Below, piece after piece: positions 1 to 10,135 of a DNA stretch of 37,399 nucleotides. This stretch comes from Octopus bimaculoides (Eukaryota): positions 23,598,976 through 23,636,374 of the forward strand of contig NC_068990.1 in NCBI RefSeq assembly GCF_001194135.2. Reading direction: 5' to 3'. The translations under genes and the position numbers were made by a program. Positions within the stretch are counted from its first letter, which is position 1; every line of letters begins with the position of its first letter. The notes beneath the pieces are model-generated. The model made no database searches. It saw nothing but the letters and a program-made list of their open reading frames with translations, and was not told where the DNA came from.

Positions 1-330
1 ATTTGGCAGAGTTTCTACAGCTGGATGCCCTTCCTAACGCCAACCACTCAGAGAGTGTAGTGGGTGCTTTTATGTGTCACCCGCACGAAGGCCAGTCAGG
101 TGGTACTGGCAACGGCCACGCTCGAAATGGTGTCTTTTATGTGCCACCCGCACAAAAGCCAGTCCAAGGGCACTGGCAACGATCTCGCTCGAAAACCCTA
201 CGAAGGCCAGTCAGGCGGCACTGGCAACGGTCACGCTCAAAATGGTGCATCTTATGTGCCACCCGCACAAGAGCCAGTCCAGGGGCACTGGCAACAATCT
301 CACTTGGCTTGCCGGGTCTTCTCACGCACA
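1..330 (-). mobile_element. Family D SINE-like element (hairpin-monomer array plus GGAAGGGCATCC...(GAT)n tail), cut by window edge
   Basis: Reverse complement of the copies at 20257-20640, 25400-25815 and 28340-28795. GCCAGT-N8-ACTGGC monomers at 91, 158, 206, 273. Confidence 0.8.
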
Positions 331-418
331 GCACATATATATATATTTATATTTGTAGGAGTGGCTGTTAGCGTTCCACTGGCATGGGTGCCAGTCATCA
401 AATTTGGTTCAGTAAAAT

Positions 419-583
419 TATAATTTGGGTATCTAAAAGATACTCTCATGCTAGATATAGCAGTCAAAACCTGACTCTAAATCCACATCAAATATTCATA
501 TATATGAATATTTGATGTGCTTTTAGAGTCAAGTTTGACTGCTATATCTAGCATGATGGTATCTTTTAGATACCCTAATTATA
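419..583. repeat. ~165-bp near-perfect palindrome (fold-back / MITE-like)
   Basis: Arm 419-501 is the reverse complement of 502-583 with a few mismatches and one indel. Centre CATATATATG, TA at both ends. Confidence 0.88.
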
Positions 584-632
584 ATTTTAATATTTAAAAC
601 ACTATATATATACATATATATTTATTTTATTT

Positions 633-940
633 ATGCACCCCTTTTAAAGCCTAGCCAGGCTCATGGGCCCGGTTTCCCGGTTTCTATGGCGTATGTGTCC
701 TCGCGCCCAGCTGGACGGGACGCCACTCCATCGCAGCGTTACTCAAGAAACAGGAAGAAATAGTGAGAGAAAGTTGGGGGCAAAAGAGTACAACAGGGGT
801 CGCCAACACTCCCTGCCGAAGCCTCGTGGAGCTTTAGGTGTTTTCGCTCAATAAACACTCACAATGCCCAGTCTGGGAATCGAAACCGCGATCCTCCGAC
901 CGCGATTCCGTTGCCCTAACCACTGGGCCATTGCGCCTCC
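633..940 (-). mobile_element. tRNA-derived SINE (head H1 + tail T1), CpG-intact copy
   Basis: Minus strand has an A-box-like TGGCCCAGTGG and a B-box-like GTTTCGATTCCC. The head is homologous to 4418-4600 and 23785-23980. Confidence 0.85.
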
Positions 941-969
941 ACACACACATATATATATATCATTGTATA

Positions 970-1175
970 TTTGTGCTTGTGCTGGTCCCTTAACACTGCT
1001 CCTCAACTTGTGTTGGTGTGTTTACAACCCTATCATCCAGCAGTTTGGCAAAAGAGACTGATAGAATATGTACTAGACTTAGAAATAAATACTGTAATTC
1101 ATGAGCTTGACTGAAAATCTTCAAGGTGGTGCCCCAGCATGGCCATAGCCATATCAGTGATACAAGCAAAAAAAA
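970..1175 (+). mobile_element. Family C SINE 3' half, decayed
   Basis: ggtgtgtttac...ttggcaaaagagactgatagaat...aaggtggtgccccagcatggcc matches the 3' half of 36323-36716. Confidence 0.55.
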
Positions 1176-1795
1176 TATAAATAAAAATACAAACAATATG
1201 TAATTGTTGAAATTTTATTTTTTATTTCCAATAATTCATACACCACAGATACCATTTCAAAGAACAAACAAAACCAGTTAGAATTTTTCCTTGAGATCAT
1301 TGACAATGATGTAAAGATAGATAATTTGATAAAAATATATTAATTATTTTTTTTCTTGTTATATAATAATTTATATTGTATATTCTCTGAGACATTTGTG
1401 GAACAATATAAAGAAGAATAGCTATGGAATGCAAAACCAAGAGAGTATGTGTGTGTGTGTGTGTGCATATATATATATGTGCATGTATATATATATATAT
1501 AAATATATATTTTGTTTGGAATTTGTGTGAATGTGAATAGAATAGTATATCAGTTGAATAAAGTTAAAATGTAGTCTGGTTTTAAGTTTGTTTTTTTAGG
1601 TATTTTAACAAAATTAGCGCTTTCATATGTTATCTAAAGTTGTCAAGGACTCAAATGTCAGTTAAACACATTTGAAATCTGTCAAGTATGTATGAAAGTG
1701 ATAATTTTGTTAAAATACCATACCCCCCCCCCTTAAAACCAGACAGTGTTTTAACTTTATTCAACTGACACGCACACACACACACATATATGTAC

Positions 1796-1845
<50 letters not shown>

Positions 1846-2336
1846 NNNNNNNNNNNNNNNNNNNNNNNNNNNNNNNNNNNNNNNNNNNNNNNNNNNNNNN
1901 NNNNNNNNNNNNNNNNNNNNNNNNNNNNNNNNNNNNNNNNNNNNNNNNNNNNNNNNNNNNNNNNNNNNNNNNNNNNNNNNNNNNNNNNNNNNNNNNNNNN
2001 NNNNNNNNNNNNNNNNNNNNNNNNNNNNNNNNNNNNNNNNNNNNNNNNNNNNNNNNNNNNNNNNNNNNNNNNNNNNNNTGTATATATATATATATATGTG
2101 TATATATATATATATGTATGTATATATATATGTATGTATATATATATATATATGTAAAAACAAAAGTAAATGAGTATATGCATATATACGTACAGGTATG
2201 TGCATACCGACATCCACCTGTATGTATAGGTGCATATCTGGGTACAGGACATTGCAAACAAACGTAGACGAGAACACACGAGCCACATAGCGAACATTCT
2301 ACTTCATCAGCTACCCACGTTTTAACACCGGCGTTG

Positions 2337-2371
<35 letters not shown>

Positions 2372-2878
2372 GTATATATATATACTCTCCCATACTAGTG
2401 TGGGTAGGATGATGATGCAAATTCAGACATTTGTAAGCTGTTAAAGCAAAATATTTTATACCTGGCTAGCTGCCCTTTTTATTACAAACAGTCCAACCAT
2501 GAAGCTTTCTGTTAGTGATTTTAGTAAACAATGTAGGTCAAAGGACAAAAAAAAACCCACAAAAAAAAAACCATGCTGTATGTTTTATTTATTTGTTTGT
2601 AGCCTCACCCTTGTTATTGTTGAGCTGCAGCTAGCTACTCATAGAAATCAGAGCAGTGGTTAGCAATAGGACATGATATGTTGTTTTTCCCCACTAGTCT
2701 TTGTTGTAGTGTGACTGGCTTTTGTGTCTCAGAGACACTGAGAGCTATGCTAGGAAAGTAAAACCTCCTGTTAGGGCCTCCCCTGTGGAATAGGTCAAAG
2801 GATAGAGGTCAGTCTAATACAGACCATCTCTTCCCAAAGGTAAAAATGGTTTTGTATAAGGCCATAACCTCCTCTAGT

Positions 2879-3102
2879 GTAGGCGCGTGGTCTAGTGATT
2901 AGGGTGTTGACCCAATGTCATAAGATTGTGGTTTCAATTCCTGGGCTGGGTGACACGTGTATTTGAGTAAAACATTCCATTTCATGTTGCTCTAGTCCAT
3001 TCAGCTGGAAAAAAAATGGGTAACCCAGTGACGGACCAGCATCCCATCCAGATGGGGAATGCATATGTCATGGAAACTTGGAAACTGGTCCTTATGAGTT
3101 GG
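2879..3102 (+). mobile_element. tRNA-derived SINE (head H2 + tail T1), interrupted by a TIR element; tail resumes at 3768
   Basis: tggtctagtgattagg / ggtttcaattcc boxes. The tail gtaacc..gacggac..catcccatccag..gaaact is homologous to the T1 tail of 633-940. Confidence 0.7.
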
Positions 3103-3767
3103 GGATCTATTTTAAAACGGGGGCGCCAGTTTTCATTTATGTTTTATGTAGTGTTTTTGGTACAGAAAGACTTTCAAACTTCGTATACTTATCTATTTTG
3201 TGTTATAGAACAGAAAAATATTTTTGTATTCGAATTTATTTCATGTAAAAAATTGTCTTATTTCGATAATTTCTACTAATCAGACGTCTATTCAGTTGAA
3301 AACAGTTAGCGCTGTAACGGTGTATATCGTATTAATCCCCTAACCCTAACACTAACCCTAACTAGACTGTTAACCGTAACCGTAACCCTAACCCTAACTC
3401 GAGAATCCGAACTCTAAAATTGTTACACACATAGATACGCACAGCATAATTTATTATATAAACAATATATGCGTATAAATTACGATTAAACCGGATGAAA
3501 TATGTCACAGGGAATAACATTTTTATGACCGCCCAGCAGTAACTCTATTGAGCTGAATAGACGTCAGTGATTGGTTGAAATTACAGAAACACGACAACTT
3601 TAACATGGAATAACTTGCAAATTCCTTTTTTTTTGTTAAGAAGACTAAGAGTAAAAGATGTTTTATATGACACGTTCTACCAGTGTCCCAAGTTTCAAAG
3701 TGTTTCGTTAGTGTTTCGTTAGTGTTTCGTTAAGAAAATACTGACGCTCCCATTTTAAAATAGATTC
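3103..3767. mobile_element. Non-autonomous TIR DNA transposon with 8-bp TSD and internal telomere-like repeat
   Basis: Perfect TSD TGAGTTGG at 3095-3102 and 3768-3775. Imperfect TIR GGATCTATTTTAAAACGGGGGCGCCAGT vs GAATCTATTTTAAAATGGGAGCGTCAGT. Subterminal IR GACGTCTATTCAG. (CCCTAA)-like units at 3338-3398. Confidence 0.85.
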
Positions 3768-3859
3768 TGAGTTGGCATGAGTCAAGAAGAAAACTTTAGC
3801 TAACTTTTAAGATACCACCTACCCACAAACAAAAAAAAGACACATTACAGAAGGTTTGA

Positions 3860-3915
3860 TGGCAATTTAAAACCTCCATGGCAATTTAAAACCTCCATGG
3901 CAATTTAAAACCATG
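3860..3915. repeat. 19-bp tandem repeat GGCAATTTAAAACCTCCAT, ~2.7 copies
   Basis: Directly visible tandem copies. Confidence 0.85.
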
Positions 3916-3974
3916 GAGGAGGAAGGTTTTCCTTCAAGGAAATGCATAATGAAGTGTAGCGAAATCTGAAAGGA

Positions 3975-4145
3975 TAAATAGGCTACACATTAAGGAAACC
4001 AGCATCCTACATTAAACATGAAGCCCTGACCTGGATCTCACAAGGGAGGTAGAAGAGAGGATGCCCTAAAAATAGCTGGAGGCAGGACACCGAAGAAGAG
4101 CTGAAAAAGCAGGGATGCAATTGGGAAGAAGCAGGAAAGACAGCC
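3975..4145 (+). pseudogene. RTE-clade LINE ORF C-terminal remnant
   Basis: Translates to *IGYTLRKPASYIKHEALTWISQGR*KRGCPKNSWRQDTEEELKKQGCNWEEAGKTA, matching the RTE pattern WIGHTLRK...ALTWNPQGKRKRGRPKNTWRR. In-frame stops are present. Confidence 0.85.
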
Positions 4146-4186
4146 CCGTTGATGGTCAATGCCATCAAGGGGAGCAAAATGGTTAA

Positions 4187-4405
4187 CCCTTGAACATTCA
4201 AGTTACTCTCTGTTAAATGGAATACTTATTTTTACATATTGTTTTGAATTAATCATGCATTATCTTGCAGCTTGGAGACTTAGATGTGATTGTTTATTTT
4301 TAGAATGACATTGTCAGGTAGGTTTGAGAGGTTAGATCTGGCTAGTTTGAACATAAAACAAGTAGAATATTTTGGTCAGATATGGCTGGTTTAAATGCTT
4401 CAGGG
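4187..4405. mobile_element. piggyBac-type MITE
   Basis: TTAA at 4183-4186 and 4406-4409. Termini CCCTTGAACATT...AATGCTTCAGGG. Confidence 0.75.
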
Positions 4406-4417
4406 TTAATTGAGTGA

Positions 4418-4797
4418 GTGGTGGCGCAATGGCCCAGTGGTTAGGGCAGCGGACTCGCGGTCATAGGATCGCGGTTTCGATTCCCAGACCGGGCGTTGTG
4501 AGTGTTTATTGAGTGAAAACACCTAAAGCTCTACGAGGCTCCGGCAGGGGATAGTGGCGAACCCTGCTGTACTCTTCCACCACAACTTTCTCTCACTCTT
4601 ACTTTCTGTTGTGCCTGTAATTGAAAGGGTCAGCCTTGTCACACTGTGTCACGCTGAATATCCCCGAGAACTACGTTAAGGGTACACGTGTCTGTGGAGT
4701 GCTCAGCCACTTGCACGTTAATTTCACGAGCAGGCTGTTCCGTTGATCGGATCAAATGGAACCCTCGTTGTCGTAAGCGACTGAGTGTCAACAACAA
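4418..4797 (+). mobile_element. tRNA-derived SINE (head H1 + tail T2), full length
   Basis: A/B-box-like head. 11-bp TSD TAATTGAGTGA at 4407-4417 and 4798-4808. Confidence 0.88.
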
Positions 4798-6524
4798 TAA
4801 TTGAGTGAAGTGAGTGAGTCAGTTTTGCAGGTTCTTGGATGTTGTCTTTCTTCTTGATATAAAATAATAAAAAGTGAATGGTAGCAACAAAGAACCAGGA
4901 ATTAGTGGTTCAATAGCACTTCAAGCAAAACATCATTACTTCATATAATGCCACTAGTACAGTGGTGTGTTAATAATTAAAACACTTGACGAACACTGTT
5001 TCAAGTCAACTCACTGTAAGAGGCTACCACAAAGTATAATGGCTCACACTATAAGCATATAAATCTCAGAATGATTTTATAAGATCTGCTAAAAGGGATC
5101 CTCCTGTAGGCTTGGATGATAGTATAAATACTGACAACAAGGCCCTATTTTCAGTTGCTCCATCAATGTTATTCTTTGAAAGTGAATTATATATATGACA
5201 AAAAAGAAAAAAAAAAGATTGCAGCACATCACAGTAGATATAGCAAGATTTGATCTCTGATGAGTTAGTTATTAGCAATCGAGTATCTTATCATAACAAC
5301 AGCTTGTAATACAAATTGTATTTGTCTTGGTATTTTAGCTCAAGATGGCTCACCAAGCAAGATTAAACACACAGAGAAATGAGTCAATGATGCAAGCATT
5401 TCATTTTGAGGTCAACCTTACTTCCTTTTTATCTGACTCATCATTCACCAAGTAGATAACAATTTTTTCATTAATAACTGTTTTTACCTCTCTTCCACAG
5501 AAATATCAGCCTAGATTTTAAGGATTTCCTTTATATGTCAAAGGGTCTTTGATATCAAAAAATAAATATATAAATAAATTTAAAATGTGTTCATGTCAAG
5601 GACTAGTTGTTTTTTTGGGGATTAAAAAAAAAAAAAATTCTCAGTGTTAATTTTGTTGCATGAGATAGAGAAAAATTATGCTATTAAATTACTAGCTGGA
5701 AGTAGCTAAAAATAAAATAAACACTATACATGTATTTAATTCACTGAACATTAAACAGCTAACTCGAAATCATTATAAGGCAAGGAAAAGTTTAACAAAA
5801 AAAAGTCGATGACCAAAATTATTTACATTTTCCCAGCAAGTACAAAAGACAACTCTGGTCATGTTTCACCTTCNNNNNNNNNNNNNNNNNNNNNNNNNNN
5901 NNNNNNNNNNNNNNNNNNNNNNNNNNNNNNNNNNNNNNNNNNNNNNNNNNNNNNNNNNNNNNNNNNNNNNNNNNNNNNNNNNNNNNNNNNNNNNNNNNNN
6001 NNNNNNNNNNNNNNNNNNNNNNNNNNNNNNNNNNNNNNNNNNNNNNNNNNNNNNNNNNNNNNNNNNNNNNNNNNNNNNNNNNNNNNNNNNNNNNNNNNNN
6101 NNNNNNNNNNNNNNNNNNNNNNNNNNNNNNNNNNNNNNNNNNNNNNNNNNNNNNNNNNNNNNNNNNNNNNNNNNNNNNNNNNNNNNNNNNNNNNNNNNNN
6201 NNNNNNNNNNNNNNNNNNNNNNNNNNNNNNNNNNNNNNNNNNNNNNNNNNNNNNNNNNNNNNNNNNNNNNNNNNNNNNNNNNNNNNNNNNNNNNNNNNNN
6301 NNNNNNNNNNNNNNNNNNNNNNNNNNNNNNNNNNNNNNNNNNNNNNNNNNNNNNNNNNNNNNNNNNNNNNNNNNNNNNNNNNNNNNNNNNNNNNNCTAAA
6401 ACTATATATATGTATGTATAATAATATTAGGGACAAAATCCAAAATTACAGGTAAAAACTCAATTAAAATCAATTTATAAAAAATTAAAATTAAATTGAG
6501 CTTTACAGATTAAAAAATATATAA

Positions 6525-6759
6525 ATATATAGTTTTAGGGAAAAGAACCAAGTTTCATGAACTCATCGATGAAAATCCACTATCACATATAGAAAAATTA
6601 ATAATTACATTAATTAATATTATCTTTATCTTATGATATTTACTTTGTATTATATTATACTCATTTATTGTGCTTTTAATTATTAATTTTTCTAAATGTA
6701 ATAGTGGATTTTCATCGATGAGTTCATGAAACTTAGTTCTTTTCCCTAAAACTATATAT
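6525..6759. mobile_element. Fold-back MITE with ~83-bp inverted arms
   Basis: 6525-6607 is the reverse complement of 6677-6759 (about 3 mismatches), with a ~69-bp AT-rich spacer. The element sits in TA-rich flanks. Confidence 0.85.
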
Positions 6760-7391
6760 ATGTATGTATATATATATGTAGGTTATGAGTGATAGTGGTG
6801 TCGATTAGACCCATTTAGGAACAGGGAAATATAAATGTGATACGCACAAATAAACATACATACCATATATATGATACATACAAGCATGTGTGAGTATGTG
6901 TGTGTGTGTGTGTGTGTGTATGCAAGTGTGTGAATGTTGACATTCCCTGCTTGTCATTTATGAGAGCAAAAACAGCGAGATGTTTACATTCCTTGTTGGC
7001 ATTATAGTTGGTTGTCCTGCATTGATTGCTTGTACAGGAAAAGGATAAAACGGTTGACAACAGGAAAAGCATCCAGCTGTAATATCCTTCCTCAAATATC
7101 TCAAAAAAAAAAAAAAAAAAAATCCGACCCATGCTGACATTGCAAAAGTGAACATTAAACAAAATGAATAAATACAATTAAGATTCCAATCTAGGAATTA
7201 TGTTACATCACAATTATGAAAGAAGCCAATGTTGGACATAGAATATTATAATCTGAGTGGAATTATTCTTATTCTAAGGATGTAGCTCTTACTATTCTAG
7301 TTAAGTGGATACTCACTAATCACCAAAGGATATTCTCTTCCATCTCTCTCTCTCTCTCACCTTACCTCCTCTTCCTACTGATCCTCATCAT

Positions 7392-7720
7392 TGTGAAGGC
7401 ACGTGTCTTAGTGGTTAGGGCATTCGGCTCACGATCGTAAGGTCGTGAGTTCAATTCCCGGCGACGCGTTGTGTCCTTGAGCAAGACACTTTATTTCACG
7501 TTGATCCAGTTCACTCAGCTGGCAAAAATGAGTTGTACCTGTATTTCAAAGGGTCGGCCTTGTTACACTCTGTGTCACGCTGAATCTCCCTGAGAACTAC
7601 GTTAAGGGTACACGTGTCTGTGGAGTGCTCAGTCACTTGCACGTTAATTTCACGAGCAAGCTGTTTCATTGATCTTATCAGCTGGGACCCTCGTCGTCGT
7701 AACCGACGGAGTGCTCCTTA
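7392..7720 (+). mobile_element. tRNA-derived SINE (head H2 + tail T2), full length
   Basis: 15-bp TSD ACTGATCCTCATCAT at 7377-7391 and 7721-7735. Contains TGTGTCCTTGAGCAAGACACT, a V/Meta-SINE-like central motif. Confidence 0.9.
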
Positions 7721-7876
7721 ACTGATCCTCATCATCAGCTGGTCGAGCTTGCTCAGACATTTTTCACCTGTACATGCCATCTACCTAGGCTCTGCATTAG
7801 TAGATTTAGGTCTTCAGGAAGGCATTCAGTGTCTCTGGTGAGTTGATTTACACATGTTGATGTTCAGATGACCTGC

Positions 7877-8420
7877 TTAGATCGACCCCAGTATGCAACT
7901 GGTATTAAATTTATCAACCCTGAAATGATGAAAGGCAAAGTCGACCTCGGCAGAATTTGAACTCAGAACGTAAAGACAGACGAAATACCACTAAGCATTT
8001 TGCCTGGCACGCTAATGTTTTGTGAGAAGCTATATTCTTTTCTACTCTAGGCACTAGGCTTGAAACTTTTGGGGAGGTGCCAGTCGATTAGATCGACCCC
8101 AGTATGCAACTGGTACTTAATTTATCAACCCCGAAAGGATGAAAGGCAAAGTCGACCTTGGCGGAATTTGAACTCAGAACATAAGGATGGATGAAATACT
8201 ACTAAGCACTTTGCTCAGTATGCTAATGTTTGTGAGAAGCTATATTCCTTTCTAATCAAGCCACAAGGCCTGAAATTTTTGGGGAGTGGAGCGGCAGTCA
8301 ATTAGATCGACCCCAGTATGCAGCTGGTACTTAATTTATCAACCTTGAAAGGATGAAAGGCAAAGTCTACTTAGGTAGAATTTGAACTCAGAACGTAAAG
8401 ACAGACGAAATATGCTTCAC
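7877..8420 (-). mobile_element. Tandem trimer of family B (Deu/Nin-like) SINE
   Basis: Three ~200-bp units. The junction TGTGAGAAGCTATATTC is repeated at ~8023 and ~8232. Confidence 0.85.
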
Positions 8421-8551
8421 ATATATAACAGACAATGTGGCAGTGTGGCCCCCATATAATTTCATTACACTGTGATGGTGTAACGCTATAATTAGATGTT
8501 ATCGTATGTGGTATGTAGTGAGATAGATATTGCTGTAACTGTCAAACATAA

Positions 8552-8712
8552 CAGGCACAGGTGTGGCTGTGTGATAAGTTTGATTCCAAACCACATGGCT
8601 TTAGATTCATTCCCTCTGCATGGAATCTCGCATCTTAGGCAAATGTCTCCTACTATAGCCCTGGATCAGCCAAAGTTTTGGTAGACAGAAATTGAAAGAA
8701 GCTTGGCATGTG
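8552..8712 (+). mobile_element. Family C SINE 5' half
   Basis: ggtgtggctgtgtg...ttaggcaaatgtctcctactatagc...ggtagacagaaattgaaagaagc, followed by microsatellite. Confidence 0.7.
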
Positions 8713-9031
8713 TGTGTGTGTATATATACATATATATATATATATGTGTGTGTGTTTTTTATGGCAGTCTGACCTTAGAGTCCCTCATGGCGTGAGGTAT
8801 TATTGTATAGTAATGCCCTTATATAAATAAATATATATTTTGGGAATAAATGATGGATTTTTTCCCTTATGAGGTTTTTTTCACGCTAGCTACTTGATAA
8901 ATTCTTGTAAAAGAATTCATCCTATTATTGAATTTATATATATATATATATATACACATACACACAGAGGCATAGATATAACACACAGAGGTGTAGGGCT
9001 GTACACACACACACACATGTATAATATATAA

Positions 9032-9185
9032 AGGTGCAGGCATGGCTGTGTAATAAGAAATTTGCTTCTCATCCATGTGTTCAGGGTTCAGTCCTAGTGC
9101 ATGACACCTTGAGCAAGTGTTTTCTGCTAGAGCCCCAGGCCAACCAAAACCTTTGTAGATGGTAACTGAAAGAAGCCTGCCTTAT
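9032..9185 (+). mobile_element. Family C SINE 5' half
   Basis: ggcatggctgtg...ggttcagtcc...caccttgagcaagtgtt...actgaaagaagcc. Confidence 0.7.
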
Positions 9186-9641
9186 ATATATTGCTATACA
9201 TATAGATATATGTGTGCGTGTGTGTATATGTGAGTGTGTAGTAGTCTTGCTTTGAAATTGTATAATAGTGGTAAACGAATGTCACCATCATGCAAGCAGT
9301 GCCCTTCCTTTCCAGTGTTCCATAAAAATATGTCCGGTCATGGGTAAATATTGCCTTGCTTGGAAACAGATGAGTGTTGGTGACAGGAAGGGATTCCTGC
9401 CGTAGAAAACTGGACACTGAATGTTGATGATTAAAGTTTTAGGAATCGCTTCATTTCTTTTTGTTATTTTACTTTATGCAAGCTTTTTCTGATATGATTA
9501 ATCAAAGTTATTGAAATACCCTACTTCAGATGAGTGAATCAATGGAAACCAAGGAAACTAATGGAAGTTTTTCTAAGAAAAAGAAATGTGCTATTTTCTC
9601 AATATGAGGAGAAAGAAAAGACAGAATTCTGTTATCTTACA

Positions 9642-10135
9642 TTAATAGTTTGAGTCCATGGTTAGAGAATGTTAGACATTTCAAGTTAAGAGGCAAACAT
9701 GTATGATCATGTATATTTATACATATAAGCATGCATAGCAAAAAACATACATACACACACACACAGACAGACACATACACACTTATATTAATAGTTTGGG
9801 TCTATGATTAGATAAAGTTAAACATTTTAAGATAAGTGGCAAACCCATACACATGTATGATCATGTATATTAGCATATATAAACATACATAACAAAAGCA
9901 TACATACATATATGCACATGCATGCACACACACACAAATATACACACTTATATTAAATATACACACTTATATTAAATAGTTTGAGTCTATGATTAGATAA
10001 ACGTTTTAAGTTAAGAGGCAAATTCATATATATGTATGATTCTGAATATTAGTATATATAAACATACATGACAAAAACATACATACATACATATATGCAC
10101 ACATACACACACACACAAATACACACAGACTCATA
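9642..10135. repeat. Three diverged ~145-185-bp tandem units
   Basis: Units start TTAA(A)TAGTTTG(A/G)GTC(C/T)ATG at 9642, 9788 and 9972. Each ends in a CA/TA microsatellite. Confidence 0.85.

Noticed and set aside
1-310. CRISPR-like array (hairpin repeats at regular spacing)
   Set aside because: The intervening segments are homologous to each other, the unit recurs as a dispersed element with a retro-type tail, there are no cas genes, and the context is eukaryotic.
3-423. ORFs of 94-122 aa, and similar ORFs at 19979-20544, 25357-25653 and 28376-28627
   Set aside because: Translations of GC-rich family D repeats, open in several frames, with no protein motif.
1390-1440. MADF-like peptide TFVEQYKEE*LWNAKPR
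   Set aside because: Only 17 codons, has an internal stop, and no flanking support.
2215-2336. CTGATGA on the minus strand (2310-2304) as a hammerhead core in a possible Penelope-end repeat
   Set aside because: No GAAA partner or closing helices could be built; the sequence is truncated by a TA microsatellite.
3338-3398. Relic of a telomere fusion or chromosome end
   Set aside because: Only ~8 degenerate hexamers in one orientation, enclosed within a TSD-flanked element.
4421-4495. tRNA gene (also other SINE heads)
   Set aside because: A/B boxes are present but run directly into SINE bodies with TSDs; no complete cloverleaf is supported.
5422-5503. Minus-strand exon ending GAA|GTAAGG (…VIYLVNDESDKKE)
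   Set aside because: No in-frame acceptor with a pyrimidine tract and no recognised homology.
6396-6420. Direct repeat of 6746-6770
   Set aside because: Abuts a gap and is mostly low complexity; it cannot be distinguished from a contig-end artefact.
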